Assembly: GCF_006345805.1 (NCBI RefSeq)
Contig: NC_043009.1
Span: 434,001 to 498,000 of the forward strand
Direction: 5' to 3'
Origin: Octopus sinensis
Lineage: Eukaryota
Length of the DNA stretch: 64,000 bases
The position numbers and the translations under genes were made by a program. Of this stretch, positions 37,345 through 50,900 are shown piece by piece. Position 1 is the first letter of the stretch. The number at the start of each line of letters is the position of its first letter. The notes beneath the pieces were generated by a model. That model was not told the DNA's origin. It saw only the letters and a list, made by a program, of their open reading frames with translations, and did no database searches.

Positions 37345-38310
37345 CGTAATACCTGTCATACCGTCTACTCAATGCCTGTCATACCGTCTATCATTTTTGT
37401 AATAGACTTTTGAGGTCCTTCAACTTTCATGATACTTTGTTTCGTGTGGGGAGACCACAGTAAACAACAGTATTCAGGCTAAGGTCGGGCAAAAGTGGAG
37501 AAGAGAAGGATAATGGTGTGGATATCTCATGACTGGAAAGTTATGAGAATCCAGAAACACATTCCGAAGGCCATGTCAACTTTGCTGTTTATGAGAGGCC
37601 CAGCTTATGCTGTTGTCCACAATTACTCCCAATATTCTGATGTTGTTGGATGGCACGAGAGTTTCACCTGAAGGAAGAAAGTATGAGAGTTTCAGGGTGT
37701 CTTCTTTTCCGAAGTGGATTAATTAAAATTTTGTCCTCGTTCAGCAGCATACTATACTTTTCCGCTCATTTGATGAGAGCCAGTAGATCTGACTGAATGT
37801 ATGTTCGGTCACCCATTTCATTGATGACCTTCTGGATCTTGGAATTGTCTGCAAAGATTCTTATGTTGCTGTGCTTGATGATGTCAGTAATATCATTGAT
37901 GTAGATGATTAAAAGAAGTGGGCCCAACATATTGCCTTCTGGAACACTACTACTGACGTTGGCTGGGCTTGATATTACTACTTCGTCTACAACGTGTTGG
38001 GTTCTGTCTGTCAGGAAACACTTGATCCATTGTAGTAATCCAATGCTGAAATCAAGGTATTCAAGCCCTCTCCCAAAGCTCTCAAAATGTCATCAAAGTG
38101 TGCAGGAGCTGTGTTAGGCAGTTCCTTCCATTACAGAACCCGTGTTGGTTTGGGTTCAACAGTCTGTTGCTTTCAAGAAAGTGGGTTGTTCGTCATATCC
38201 CCACTCTCTCGAATAACTTGATAATATGAGATGAGTGCGGTCGGACGGTAGTTCACTGCAAGGGACTTGTTTCCCTTTTTGAAAACCAGGACAACAGACC
38301 GGGAGAAAAC
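37345..38310 (-). mobile_element. CR1/L2-group LINE RT fragment, duplicate copy
   Basis: Collinear with 5315-6290. Confidence 0.85.
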
Positions 38311-38932
38311 CGGAACCGTCTATATATGTATGTATATGTATGTGTATGCATATATATATATATAGATATGTATATGTGTATGTATGTATGTATGTATGTA
38401 TGTATGTATGTATGTATGTATGTATGTATGTATGCGTATATATATGTATGTATATGTATATATAAATGTATGCATATATATATATGTATGTATATATGTA
38501 CATATATATTTGTACATTTATCAATATATATAAGTATATATATAAACATACATAGGCGCATGGCTCAGAGTCTAGAGCGTCGACTTTACGATCGTGAGTT
38601 TGTGAGTTCGAATCACAGACCGGGCTGCGTGTTGCGTTCTTGAGCAAGACACTTTATTTCAGGCTGCTCCAATTCACTCAGCTGTAGAAATGAGTTGCGA
38701 CGTCACTGGGGCGAAGCTGTATCGGTGTTTGCCTTTCCCTTTCGATAACAATGGTGGCGTGGAGAGGGGAGGCTGGCATGCATTGATGACTGCTGGTCTT
38801 CCATAAACAACCTTGCCCGGATTAGTATCTGGGAAGGTAACTTTCTAAGTGCAATCCCATGCTAAGTCATGACCGAAGGGGGTCTCAGACAGACAGACAC
38901 ACACACACACACACACACACACACAACACACG

Positions 38933-38986
<54 letters not shown>

Positions 38987-39261
38987 ATACACATATGTAT
39001 GTGTGTGTGTGTGTGTGCAGTTATGTAATGCATATTATTATTTGTTTCAGTGATTGGCTGTGCCATGGCTGACTGCAATCTCCAAAAGGTAAGCGAATGT
39101 CAACGTGAATTCGGTCCGAAGATACAAGACGCCGGAGATAAAGAGTCTAAGTGCAAGTAAGATAAATAAATAAATAAAAAACAAAGAATTTTTTTCATTT
39201 TTCCATTGTTCTCTTCTTAATACATTGTCAGGAGATTTAGTTTCGTACTCATGAGGAGCCA

Positions 39262-39450
39262 GGTTCGAACCGGGCGACGCGTTGTGTTCTTGAGCAAAAC
39301 ACTTCATTTCACTTTGCTCCAGTCCACTCAGCTGGCAAAAATGAGTAACGCTGCGATGGACTGGCGTCCCGTCCAGCTGGGGAACACATATGCCATTGAA
39401 ACCGGGAAACCGGGCCCATGAACCTGGCTAGGCTTTAAAAAGGGCGCATT
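39262..39450 (+). mobile_element. SINE with CTTGAGCAAAACACTT core and GACTGGCGTCCCGTCCAG domain
   Basis: Core shared with families E/F, but a different 3' tail. Confidence 0.65.
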
Positions 39451-39489
39451 TTTTTTTCTAACTTAGTCTGGCAAAACCACCCGATCGAA

Positions 39490-40070
39490 CTGCTAAACCT
39501 TGTTGCACTTTCTTTATTTGAATCTTAAACCTTAAAGATTCAAATTAACAAAGTATAGGGTCAGACATTGGAAGTGGTAGGCCTTAATCTTGCAGAACCT
39601 AATTTTTCACACGGACAGCTCCATGTCGGATGCTCTAGAGTTGGAAATCCGGAAAATTTATTCATCTATGCGCCCAACGGCAAAACCAAACACATTGTCT
39701 ATCACGAAGCCCTGCAAGACTGATATTTTGGAACAAAGATGCATCTCCCTCCGAAAACCTCTCTCGCCAACCTCGAACAATCTCTCTCGAGAATCCGTAA
39801 CAGACTCTCTCGCCAACCTCCAACAGTCTCTCTCTTGCCAACCTCCGACAGTCTCTCTCGCCACTCTTCGAAAACCTTTCTCGCCAACCTCAGACAATCT
39901 CTCCCTCTTCCACCTGAGAGTTTTTTGTACTCTTTCGCAATGGAAAATACACCTTTTGTGGCAGTTATAACAAAATTGCTTTCTTTTATATCAGAGTAAT
40001 AAGGCGTTTCAATTAGGCGTTTAACTAGACCATCTTTACCCCCCGGGAATTACCGGGTATACCAGATAGT
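39490..40070 (+). mobile_element. Helitron 3' end (helicase remnant, minisatellite, subterminal hairpin)
   Basis: Same helicase remnant as at 9640. Ends with CCCGG-GAATTA-CCGGG followed by ..CAGATAGT, a degenerate CTAG terminus. Confidence 0.8.
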
Positions 40071-40089
40071 ATATATATATGAATGACGC

Positions 40090-40490
40090 GTGACCGACTA
40101 AAACCACTTTTTAAACGCATTTTCCTCCAAGACGCATCTCATATTTGGTGTCCCCATCGCTTTTGATGTCCCATATGTCTCGTAAGACCTGTATGGAATC
40201 TACAAGTGATTCTACACCGACCACATAACTCCCCACCCCAGCAACAGCCCAACAATTTGGATGTTGGGACCTACAATACTGAATGAAGCTAGTGGCCGAC
40301 CGAGACACGCTGCTACATACGGTGCACGTAATAACATGCGGGGCAGCACATTGGTAGACACGATTGTGCCTCCGTGACCTGGCTTGTAACTGAGTTGGCT
40401 TGACTTCGAGGAGGAGACAGGACCACACTGAACGCAGGAAAGGAACTCATTTGTGTCCTTGTTAGGGAGAGGAGACTTCACATCCTCCAT
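40090..40490 (-). pseudogene. Degenerate two-zinc-finger-like coding remnant
   Basis: CVQCGPVSSSKSSQLSY and CTVCSSVSRSATSFIQYCRSQH in two frames. Origin uncertain. Confidence 0.3.
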
Positions 40491-40539
40491 ATATATTTAC
40501 CACCGTCTTTATGATAGACCTAAAATATAAATTCTCCAA

Positions 40540-40920
40540 CCCAAATTTGTGGTGAAACACTTGATCATTTTGTGTAGGGCTGTCCTAAACTAACACCAAA
40601 CGAATATAAATATCGTCACGATATAAGGTAGAGTAATGTTTACATTGGAAAATATGTAAGCAGTACCAAATAGACACACCTGCTGACTGGCATAAACACC
40701 GTTCTGACTCAGTGGTTGAAGGCGAAAATGTCATCAGCTGAGACTTGCCTAACACTGACTGAACAATCCACGCTAATCGACCAGACATAATCATTAAAGA
40801 GTGAGAAAAAATACTTGTAAACTGATAGATATGTGACCCTTCTAACAATATATCTGCCAAGGAATTTGACAAGCCCTGTAAATATAATAATCTAAGCTGA
40901 GTAAATGTAAGAATATAAGT
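40540..40920 (+). mobile_element. R4/Dong-clade CCHC/RLE fragment, heavily decayed
   Basis: ETLDHFV*GCPKL..NEYKYRHD...WHKH...HANRPDIIIKE...CKLID. Confidence 0.7.
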
Positions 40921-41189
40921 AACTGAAATACTAGACACAGCATTTTTAAGCGAAAACTGTCCCTATTATTATAAGTATCAGAGACATCTAGATAACCTCC
41001 CAGAAGACACATCTCTCACAAATATATTTTCAAAATGTGTTAACATGTACTACCCACCCTCTTAGAAAAGCCCTGTCAAATTACTTGCTTTTACTGTAGT
41101 GTTCATGTATTGTATATGTATTTTGTACTGTCTTCCCCACTTTCTCTCCCCAAACTTTCAAATCTACCTAAACATTTGTTAATCTTCAC

Positions 41190-41230
<41 letters not shown>

Positions 41231-41271
41231 CAACCATATAATACTAACATTGTATTTCTCTATATTTTCAG

Positions 41272-41354
41272 ACGTACCCAAACTGTATGCTCATAGCAGT
41301 GTCATCTCTGGTGCTTTCATTGCAGCAGTCGCCTTCAAGAAGTTACTTCTCTAA
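41272..41354 (+). CDS. Candidate terminal coding exon, copy 2 (same peptide)
   Basis: TACTAAC branch consensus plus a pyrimidine tract and CAG. The only coding difference seen from copy 1 is synonymous CTT>CTC. Confidence 0.45.
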
Positions 41355-41709
41355 ATTTTTTATTATGATATTCATAAAATTGATAAATATCTGTTGATTT
41401 AAAAGTTGTAAACTTGTTTTTTAAATGAATGTACGAGTTAAAAGAGTACAAATTCTTGTTGTCTTAATTGTATGTTGATATACAAATTATAATTTGAGCT
41501 AGGACACATATGCTAGGACACAACAATCTCTCCTAATGCACTTCTCTGTTAACAACACGCTTTTGAGTCTTGTAACAAATTTTGATTCCATCTTTCACAT
41601 ACTCGCTCTTTCACTGTTTATCTCAACAACAACAATGACGACGACGACGACAATAACAACAGCAACCAGTTGTCATAGTGAACGTCTTCTTCTTAAAGTC
41701 TGTTTTGCG

Positions 41710-42360
41710 TTGTCTATACTCTCCTTCATTTTCTACAAAGCTCTTCCATCCATCTAGTAGACGTGCAAACCTCCTCTTCTAAAATTCACTTGTTTGTGGC
41801 GAAAAACACTCCGCCAGTACTCTTCTGACCTCATCTACAGAATTCGTATTTTATCCGTCCAAATGATTTTGAAGACTGAAGAATAAATGATAATCAAATG
41901 AAGCCTTGACCGGCGAATATGATGGGCGGGGCATCGTTTACAATTCAAACCGCTCCAGCCTTTCGAATGTCATCCTCGCTGTATGTGGCCGAGCATTATG
42001 GAAGAACACTTTTCGTCTTGAAACCAAAGATGGTCCTTTTTCTTCTACCGTTGAGTTAAGCTGCTAAAGTTGCTTGCAGCAGATCTTTGTTATCGTTTGG
42101 TTTGCGTTTAAAAGTTCAAAGTGGACTAAACCTTTCATATCCCACCAAACAGGTAACAACACCTTATGTGGGTGTAGACCTTCTTCAGCCTGGGGGTGCC
42201 AGTGTTTCTCCTTTTCCTACCCACTGTCTTCGGCGCTTGATATTTTTATAGAGAACCCATTTCTCGTCACAAGTCACTATTTGATCAAAAAAAGGTTCAT
42301 TCGTGAGATGTGACAAGAAAGAAGAGCACACATTCATTCTCTACTCGCGATTAGACTCAG
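41710..42360 (-). mobile_element. Mariner transposase catalytic-domain remnant
   Basis: IVTCDEKWVLY, KVLLPVWWDMKGLVHFELL, HNARPHTA, YSP...DYHLF motifs with stops and shifts. Confidence 0.88.
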
Positions 42361-42534
42361 ACACACACTCACACACACATACACACATGTCCATTCATAC
42401 GGTTTCAAAAGCGTCAAACATGAATGTATTGGAATTCATTATAACGTGGACAATATTCAGAAGCAAAGCGTTTTGCGCAATTCGTTCCATTTTTATTGTC
42501 ATTGGCATTTGTGTGCGTGTGTAATTGTGTTAGC

Positions 42535-42600
<66 letters not shown>

Positions 42601-43340
42601 AGTGTGTGTGTGTTTGTGCGTGTGTGTATTAACGAATGAAAGTTTATTTTCTCTAATAATTAGAAATTAGGTTAATATATTGTACGATAACACAATATCG
42701 TACTGATATTTGCAAAATATAACAACACACACATTGTCATTGCTTACCGAAGCTGTTAATGCAATCTCAGAAATATCTTGCTCGGTATATAAAGGAAGGA
42801 TTATGTATTAATCGGTTAATTAAAATATAAAAAAAACATTTGCTTTATTCGCCGTGGGATTATGGTCTTGTTTTTATGTTTGGGTGTATGAAAAGTATTA
42901 AATATCATGTGAGCGAAAAGTACAAAGTTTTTGGCTCATGGGAATACACTGGTCTCTGTTTCACCGCAGGCAAAGCGTTATGGCCCCTATTTTAACTATC
43001 TCAGCTTCAGCATTAGCCCCAGTTGACTAAACACGCCACCGTCTCCATTTAACACTGTATGGACTCAACAAATGGCTGAGGGGAAATTTTCTGGGAAGAG
43101 TATTTGGTATACAAAAGGCAAACGTGGCATTATCTCACACATGTTAAGATAGTATGTTTTTTTAAAGGCTGTTACTTATTCTAACGGTCTCGTTTGCTGA
43201 ACCGCTAGTTTGTGGAGACATAAACAAGCCAGCGTCGTTGGGAATCGGTGAGGCATAAACATATACACGTACACACACAAACATAAAAATAAGCACAGGC
43301 ACACACATATATATGTGTGTGTGTGTGTGTGTGTACATAC

Positions 43341-43403
<63 letters not shown>

Positions 43404-43852
43404 TCATTATCTAACTAGATTGGCATATAACAACAACATGGCAGCCGACGCTCAAGGCCTTTAGTGAGACACAACTTTATTGGTATACCTGATCAGACCC
43501 AGTCTGCAAAATCGATGCAACACATTTTACCATCGAGTTTCCTGAACTAATTGGTTTCTGCGCAGCAGATTTTGAAAACTTAGGATGTATAAACAAGAGG
43601 CACACAGTTGAATGCCTCGTGTTTTATATATTACATCTAATATATGCCTGTTGAAGAAGATTTCACCTAGCGAATATTATTTATTTGCTAAACTAAAATC
43701 AGAAACAAATTAGTCCAGGAAACAATTCTTGTCGAATGTTATCCCTAATTTTGTGGTTATAGAACCTAGCTGTTCTTTCTAGCTTGTTGAATCCCACGAG
43801 TGGATTCCATGTGTTTAAATGTACACTGTATTATATATATATATATATATAT

Positions 43853-43912
<60 letters not shown>

Positions 43913-44341
43913 GGAGAATTCACAAAAAAACAACAGAAAGGGACACAGAAAGAAACAAGGAGAGAAAATAAAGAACGTGTAGTGGCTAGCGAAACACACA
44001 CGCACACACCCATACACATATACACATGCACACACACACACATACACACGTACACATACATACATATGCTAATCATCATATATATATATATATTCTTTCT
44101 TTTATTCTTTTACTCTTTTACTTGTTTCAGTCATTTGACTGCGGCCATACTGGAGCACTGCCTTTAGTCGAACAAATCGACCCCAGGACTTATTCTTTGG
44201 AAGCCTAGTACTAATGGTATCGTTCTCTCATGCCGAACTGCTAAGTTACGGGGTCGTAAACACACCAGCGTCGGTTGTCAAGCGATGTTGGGGGACAAAC
44301 ACAGACACACAAACATATACACACACATACATACATATATA

Positions 44342-44412
<71 letters not shown>

Positions 44413-45271
44413 TATATACGACGGGCTTCTTCAGTTTCCGTCTACCAAATCCACTCACAAGGCTTTGGTTGGCCCGAGGCTATAGTAGAAGACACTTGCC
44501 CAAGGTGCCACGCAGTGGGACTGAACCCGGAACCATGTGGTTCGTAAGCAATCTACTTACCACACAGCCACTCCTACGTCTAACCATCATGTATTTTTTA
44601 ATATATGTTTGTATGTCGTGTAAGCGTTTAATATACATATGTGTCCGTTTGTGTGAGTGTGTTAATGTATTTATGTGTGTGTGTGTGTGCTTCTTTTTCT
44701 TTTCTTCCTTATTCTGTTCGAGGAGGAACGTTGTGTTATTAAAAGAATTTAACAATAAGAAAATGTGTCTAGTGCACCAGACCATAACAGTCGGAGGGCT
44801 CCAGAGAATGTTGTGCATGTATTGTATCTGCCGGGTGTGTAAACGTCGAGGCAGTCAATTGAACGCGTTTGCTTTTAAGGAAATATAGATTTAAAGTTCA
44901 ATTGGATAAGAAGACCGAGAAGAAGAGTCGGGCGTTGATGGAGTTCATTCGGCTGCGATGAAACATTCTTCTTCCTCTCTCACGAGACCAACTTTTTGCA
45001 AACTCTTTATCGTTGATCTTTTACGTCGATACCCCGATGGGAGCCATCCATTGTGTTTGCATCTGATAGCTAAATTTTTGTGCTCTATAATATACACACA
45101 CACACGCACACACACAAGCCCCCACACACAGATGCGTGTGTGTATGTGTGTGTTTAGACCTATCTACCAACAGCAAGAAATTTTCTCAATTACCAAATAC
45201 AATAAATGTTTTTTCTTACGGGTCCCAGTATGCCTACAGCATATTTCAAGTGGTAATACATACGCACATAT

Positions 45272-45359
<88 letters not shown>

Positions 45360-45363
<4 letters not shown>

Positions 45364-45540
45364 CAAATTTACAGAAAGCATAAGACGAAGACAGGTGAAG
45401 GAACAATAAGCAGACGTATTAGCTAACGCTGAAGAAGAACGGAAAAGTCTTTGACGTTTCGAGCCTATCCTCGTCGACAGAAAGGATTGAGAGGGAAAAA
45501 AACGGAGAGAAAAATGTGTGTAGGGATTAACGCGTTAACT
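45360..45540 (-). mobile_element. Short non-autonomous repeat with hammerhead-like motif (relative at 55998-56200)
   Basis: Minus 45484-45449: CTTT-CTGTCGA-C-GAG(GATAGG)CTC-GAAA-CG-TC-AAAG; sits between microsatellites. Confidence 0.55.
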
Positions 45541-45544
45541 TGTT

Positions 45545-45643
<99 letters not shown>

Positions 45644-45676
45644 AAGAGAGAGTTAGAGAGAGAGAGAGAGAGGTGC

Positions 45677-45737
<61 letters not shown>

Positions 45738-45941
45738 CAGACAGAAAGATAGATATGGTCTGAGTTCAAATTCAGCCAAGGTCGATTTTGCCTTTCATCC
45801 TTTCAGGGTCGATAAAAAAAGGACCACTTGAGCACTAGGGTTAATTCCGTTGACTTGCCCCTCCCCCGCCCCCACCAAAAAGAAAACCCCTGACATTGTT
45901 CTAAAATTTAAAACCAATATGTGTTACATATATATATATAT

Positions 45942-45994
<53 letters not shown>

Positions 45995-45995
<1 letters not shown>

Positions 45996-46205
45996 GTTAA
46001 TCCAAACAAGAAAACACAGAAAAAAACACAGCAACGTGAGGACGTGGAACAATTAAAGTATTATTGACGCTCAGGAAAGAAGGAGGGTTTAACGTTTCGA
46101 GCGGAGCTCTTCGTCGGAAACAAGGAGAAGGAAATATCCCGAGAAGGGAAGACAGAAGAAAAAAATATATTTGCTGGTGGTGCTCAAGAGATCACATGTT
46201 GAAAC
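45995..46205 (-). mobile_element. Short non-autonomous repeat in (TA)n with hammerhead-like motif
   Basis: Minus 46121-46087: GTTT-CCGACGA-A-GAGC(TCC)GCTC-GAAA-CG-TT-AAAC. Confidence 0.6.
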
Positions 46206-47578
46206 TATATATATATATATATTGAAGGTTGTAAATCTTATGTGTGTTTGAATGTGCTTCGAGCCAGTAGTATTGACGTTGGAATAACTTCTATAATATT
46301 ATGTTAATGCTATAGTTTATCGGCTTTTATTCTTGGAACGCTTACAAGCTACAACCACCTTCAAGGTTGAATTCGATAGTGCCAGCCAAAGCACTGCAAA
46401 ACTGTGTCAGATTTAGACACAAGGCCAGCAATATTTAGAATGAGATGGGGGTGGAAGTGTTCCCACTGAATTTTTTCACTGAGCATGTGTACATATAATT
46501 GCATTGTGTTCAAATTTTGTCATTCTTTGCAAAATATATGTCCATCCATGCGTGCAACCATCGCCCAAATTCCTGCAATTAAAAAATCAGATTTCATCTT
46601 GAAAAGCAGGTAGGTTAAGCTGAACACTAGGAAGGGAGTCAGAATATGCCATCGGCCTCAGCACTTCTCTTATACTTTATTACATCAACCGCGGAAAAAT
46701 TAGAGGTTATGTTGGCCTCGGCAGGATTTGAAATCAGTCAGTAAAGAGCCGGAAGAAATACCTATTTCTTTACTACTCACAAGGGGCGAAATACAGAGAG
46801 GACAAATAAGGACAGACAAACGGATTAAGTTGATTGTATCGACCCCAGTACGTAACTGGTACTTAATTTATCGACCCCGAAAGGATGAAAGGCAAAGTCC
46901 ACCTCGGTGGAATTTCAACTCAGAACGTAGCGGCAGACGAAATACCTATTTCTTTACTACCCACAAGTGGCTAAACACAGAGAGGACAAACAAGGACAGA
47001 CAAACGGATTAAGTCGATTACATCGACCCCACTGTGTAACTGGTACTTAATTTATCGACCCCGAAAGGATGAAAGGCATAGTCGATCTCGGCGGAATTTG
47101 AACTCAGAACGTAACAGCAGACGAAATACTGTAAGGCATTTTGTCCGACGATTTAAAGAATTTTGCCAATCCACAAAGAATTTGATTACCTAAATCACCA
47201 ATGATAGGGAATAACCCAACCGCCACTTGGTCAATTTGTTGTCCGCTACTCTTCCAACACAACCAACTGCGTTCTGCAGTCCGCAATAGAATCTTACTAT
47301 TAATTTATTCCATCGAGCATGTTGATCGATCTGAAATAAGCGTCCGTTCTTCGATAAACCTAGTTCCAGATTCCAGTAGGATCAATAAGTATGCTGGAAT
47401 AAAGCGGTCAATATCTAGAACATTAAGATCTGCCCGATTCGATTAGTTATTGCTATATGTTCCGCTGGAACATCACCCACGCCACGTCTACGCTCGAACA
47501 AGACACATTGAAGAGATAACAACAAAGATAACAACAACAGTATTAATTGCCAGAAACAATAACTATGTTGCAATAATG

Positions 47579-47678
<100 letters not shown>

Positions 47679-47942
47679 TCTTTTTATTGGCCACAAGGGC
47701 TGACACACATGATTAGAAAACATAAAGGGACAAAACAGGACGAAAGGTTACAAAGGGTTTTGTCCGTTTGTGAAAAAATCGTGTAAAAACAGTGTAACAA
47801 CGAAAATATTTAACAATGAAAAACTCCCAATAGGGGGAGGCGCTTCGAAAGGTTCCTGGTGGAAAAAACCATAAAAGCCAACGGGAGCCTGGTCAAAAAG
47901 TGGGGTAGAGAGCCCCTTTCTCCTTTTTTAAAACCTTTTCAA

Positions 47943-50900
47943 TCACAGGCGAAACCTGAGAATTGGTCCATTTACACTGGCCATTCTTGCACAATTCACC
48001 CACCTTTCAGAAAACTTGCTATCGGACAGCACTCTCCTCTCTAACCTCATCTTCCTTTTCAAGTGAAATTTGAAAAAGTTGATGAGGCCTTGACCAAAGA
48101 GGAAAGTGTCTGACTTTAGCCCTTTCAAACGGGTCCACCATACAACCTCTTTCGCCACAGCCACTAGGCACAGGAAAACGGCCTCGCCCTCCTTGTTAAA
48201 GGAGGTCGGTGGGGCAATCTTCACTATGGATTCAGCTGATAGCCGTCCTATACGTGACAGTAGCTGTTCGACATAAACCCATAGTTCAGCAATACTCGGG
48301 CACTGGACGTGTGCGTGCAGAACGGTTTCGTCATCCTGGCAACACCTCGGGCAGGCCCGGCTGACGGCACTTCCGTGCCGGTCAAGTTTATCCCGACAGA
48401 CAGAGCCCCTCGGTAGCACTGCCAGGCGAGCGACCTCTGGAAATTATCCATTGGCCCCGGCCGAAAGTCCTTCCGAACAGACCGCTCAGTTCGTTATCAT
48501 CAACGCCTAGAGTTTCCCCGAGAACGTCGTCGCATTTTTCCTCCACTAACCCTCTATAGAACGCTAGAGTGGAACTAAAACCGATCGCATTGCCCGCCTG
48601 GCGGAGGGCGGAGAGAGCTTGACGGCACTCAAGGTGCCCAGCGCCCTTTCTCGGTCTACGTTTGATCCAGGTCTGCAGCTCTGTCAAAGAGACGAGCTGT
48701 GGAAAGACGACCACACCTGTTCACCGTCTAGGAAACGCTTGAGATGTCGCAGCCTGAGCGCATGTCTACGCATCAGTAACCACGGCATGCCAAGGCCTCT
48801 GTTCAGCGGTCGTTGACAGCAGATGGATCGCCTGACCATTGGCACCTGACCCTTCCACAAAAAGTCGAAGAGCAGGCGTACCAGCTTGGCCAACCAGCGG
48901 TCGGGACAAGGGACGACGGTCAAGCGGTAATAGATGACGGATGCGATGTACGCATTCGCCACCTCCGCTCGACCTTTCAGGGACAGCTTCCTCTCGGCCC
49001 ATTTCTGGGTGAGACGTGCCACCCTGCTCGTCACTTCTTCCCAGTTTTTATCCACCTGGAGGTCCGGACCGAACCAGACCCCGAGCAGTTTAACGGGTCC
49101 GTCTGTCCAGCGCCCTACGACGCTGTTGGACGGCATGGGCTTGCCTCTCCAGGAGCCCAGTTGCAAGCCCACAGACTTTTCCGCGTTAATCTTTGCCCCT
49201 GTCACCGCTTCGTACTCGTTTAGTGTCTTGCCAATCAGGTCAATGTGCCTGTGGCTCGACACCATCACGGTGACGTCGTCGGCATAGGCAGACACGCTGT
49301 TTCCACCTCCTAGATCGCGAGGGATACCCCTCAAAGCCTCCAACTTGCGCAGTAATGGCTCGAGAGTCAATATGTACAAGAGGGAGGAGAGAGGGCATCC
49401 TTGGCGGACCGAACGCGAGATGTCAAACGGTTCCGAAAGGTGACCGTTTACCCGTATCACCGAGCAGATGTTGCTGTATAAAGCAGCGATCCACCCGCGG
49501 AAGACTGGACCGAAGCCAGCTGCCTTGAAAACAGCTGCCAGGTACCGATGGTCGACTCTATCGAAGGCTTTACTCTGATCTAAATTGATCAAAACCCCAC
49601 CCGCGCCAGCGTCGTTACCCACCCTCTCTATGATGTAGCGCATGAGATGGAGGTTGTCGTGTATCGATCTGGTCGGCACGGCGCATGTCTGCGTCTTGCC
49701 AACCAGCTTGTCCACGACCAGCGCCAATCTCTTGGCTAGCACCTTGGCCAAAATCTTCAACTCTGCATTGAGCAGAGTGATGGGCCGAAAATTCCCTATA
49801 ATGTCCCCCTTATTTGGGTCCTTTTTTAGCAAAGCCACCAACCCTCGACAGACAAAAGCAGGAATTCTCCCGTTTTGCTGCCAGTTGCAGTAGACGTTTG
49901 CCAACAGGTCCGCAAACAAGTCTGGCATTGAAAAGTAAAGCTCGTAGGGCAGACAATCCAAACCCGGCGATCTACCTCTCGTGCAACTCTTCATCACTTC
50001 CTCCACTTCCCAGGCAGATATCGGTCCTTCGCAGCACTCTGCCTCGCTGTCCGAGAGTTGCGGTAGGCCGTCCAGGTACACACCGAAGTCTGTACCGTTG
50101 TCCGTTCCACCGCTCGTCCCAAACAGTTGAGCAAAGTGCCGCTGAAACACCGCACACATCTGCTTCGGTTCGGTAACCTCGCGCCCGTTCTGGTCCACCA
50201 AAAACCGAATGGTTGCTTTGTTGCCTCGCTTCGCCTCCGCCACGCGGGCCCATCGAGCGGCTCTAGTCCTCTCCCCGCTTAGCGAACGTGCCTTAGCTCT
50301 GACAACGCAGCCTTCGTGTTTGGTGTCAAAGTGTTGGTCGAGGGCCAATCTTGCCGCCAACACGTCGGTCGCGATGCCAGTTTCAAGAGCCTCGTCTAGT
50401 TTCTTAACTAAATCCCGCTCTCTCTTCCTACGTTCAATAGCTAGAGTCTTACTAAACCTAATCGACTCTACTCTAATTGCTCTCTTGAGGGCAAACCACC
50501 AGTTGTTGTTGATGATTGCCCCCGTGAGCGCCCGCTTAACTAGTAAACTAATCCGGTCTCTGTAAGCTTTGCACGCCGTTAACGACGCGTTCAGCTTCCG
50601 GTAGCCGGGTCCCTGTCTATGTAGCCTATCTAAGTCGACTGTACAGATCACTAATTTGTGGTCCGTATAGTCGACTAGGTGGAATTGTGGACATCCTACG
50701 CTGTCCTTATTCGCTGGCCTACAAAACACTCTATCTAAGTACGATCTAGACGACCCGATGCGATTGGTCCAAGTCCACATTGGCACATTCGGGTTGTTTA
50801 GTCGAAACCTGTCGGACAGCTGAAAGCGGCCGAGTAGGTTGGCGAGGCTCTTGCACCCTCCTCCTCTCCTATCAGGCGCTCCCCTGCACACCCGATCGAA

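Larger units (their letters stand above)
33581..39268. repeat. Segmental duplication copy 2, block A
   Basis: Direct visual alignment to 1-7303, same orientation. Carries a copy-specific SINE at 37113-37342. Confidence 0.97.
39485..41499. repeat. Segmental duplication copy 2, block B (about 1.2 kb extra relative to copy 1)
   Basis: Same anchors as copy 1 block B. 39905-41190 has no counterpart in copy 1. Confidence 0.9.
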
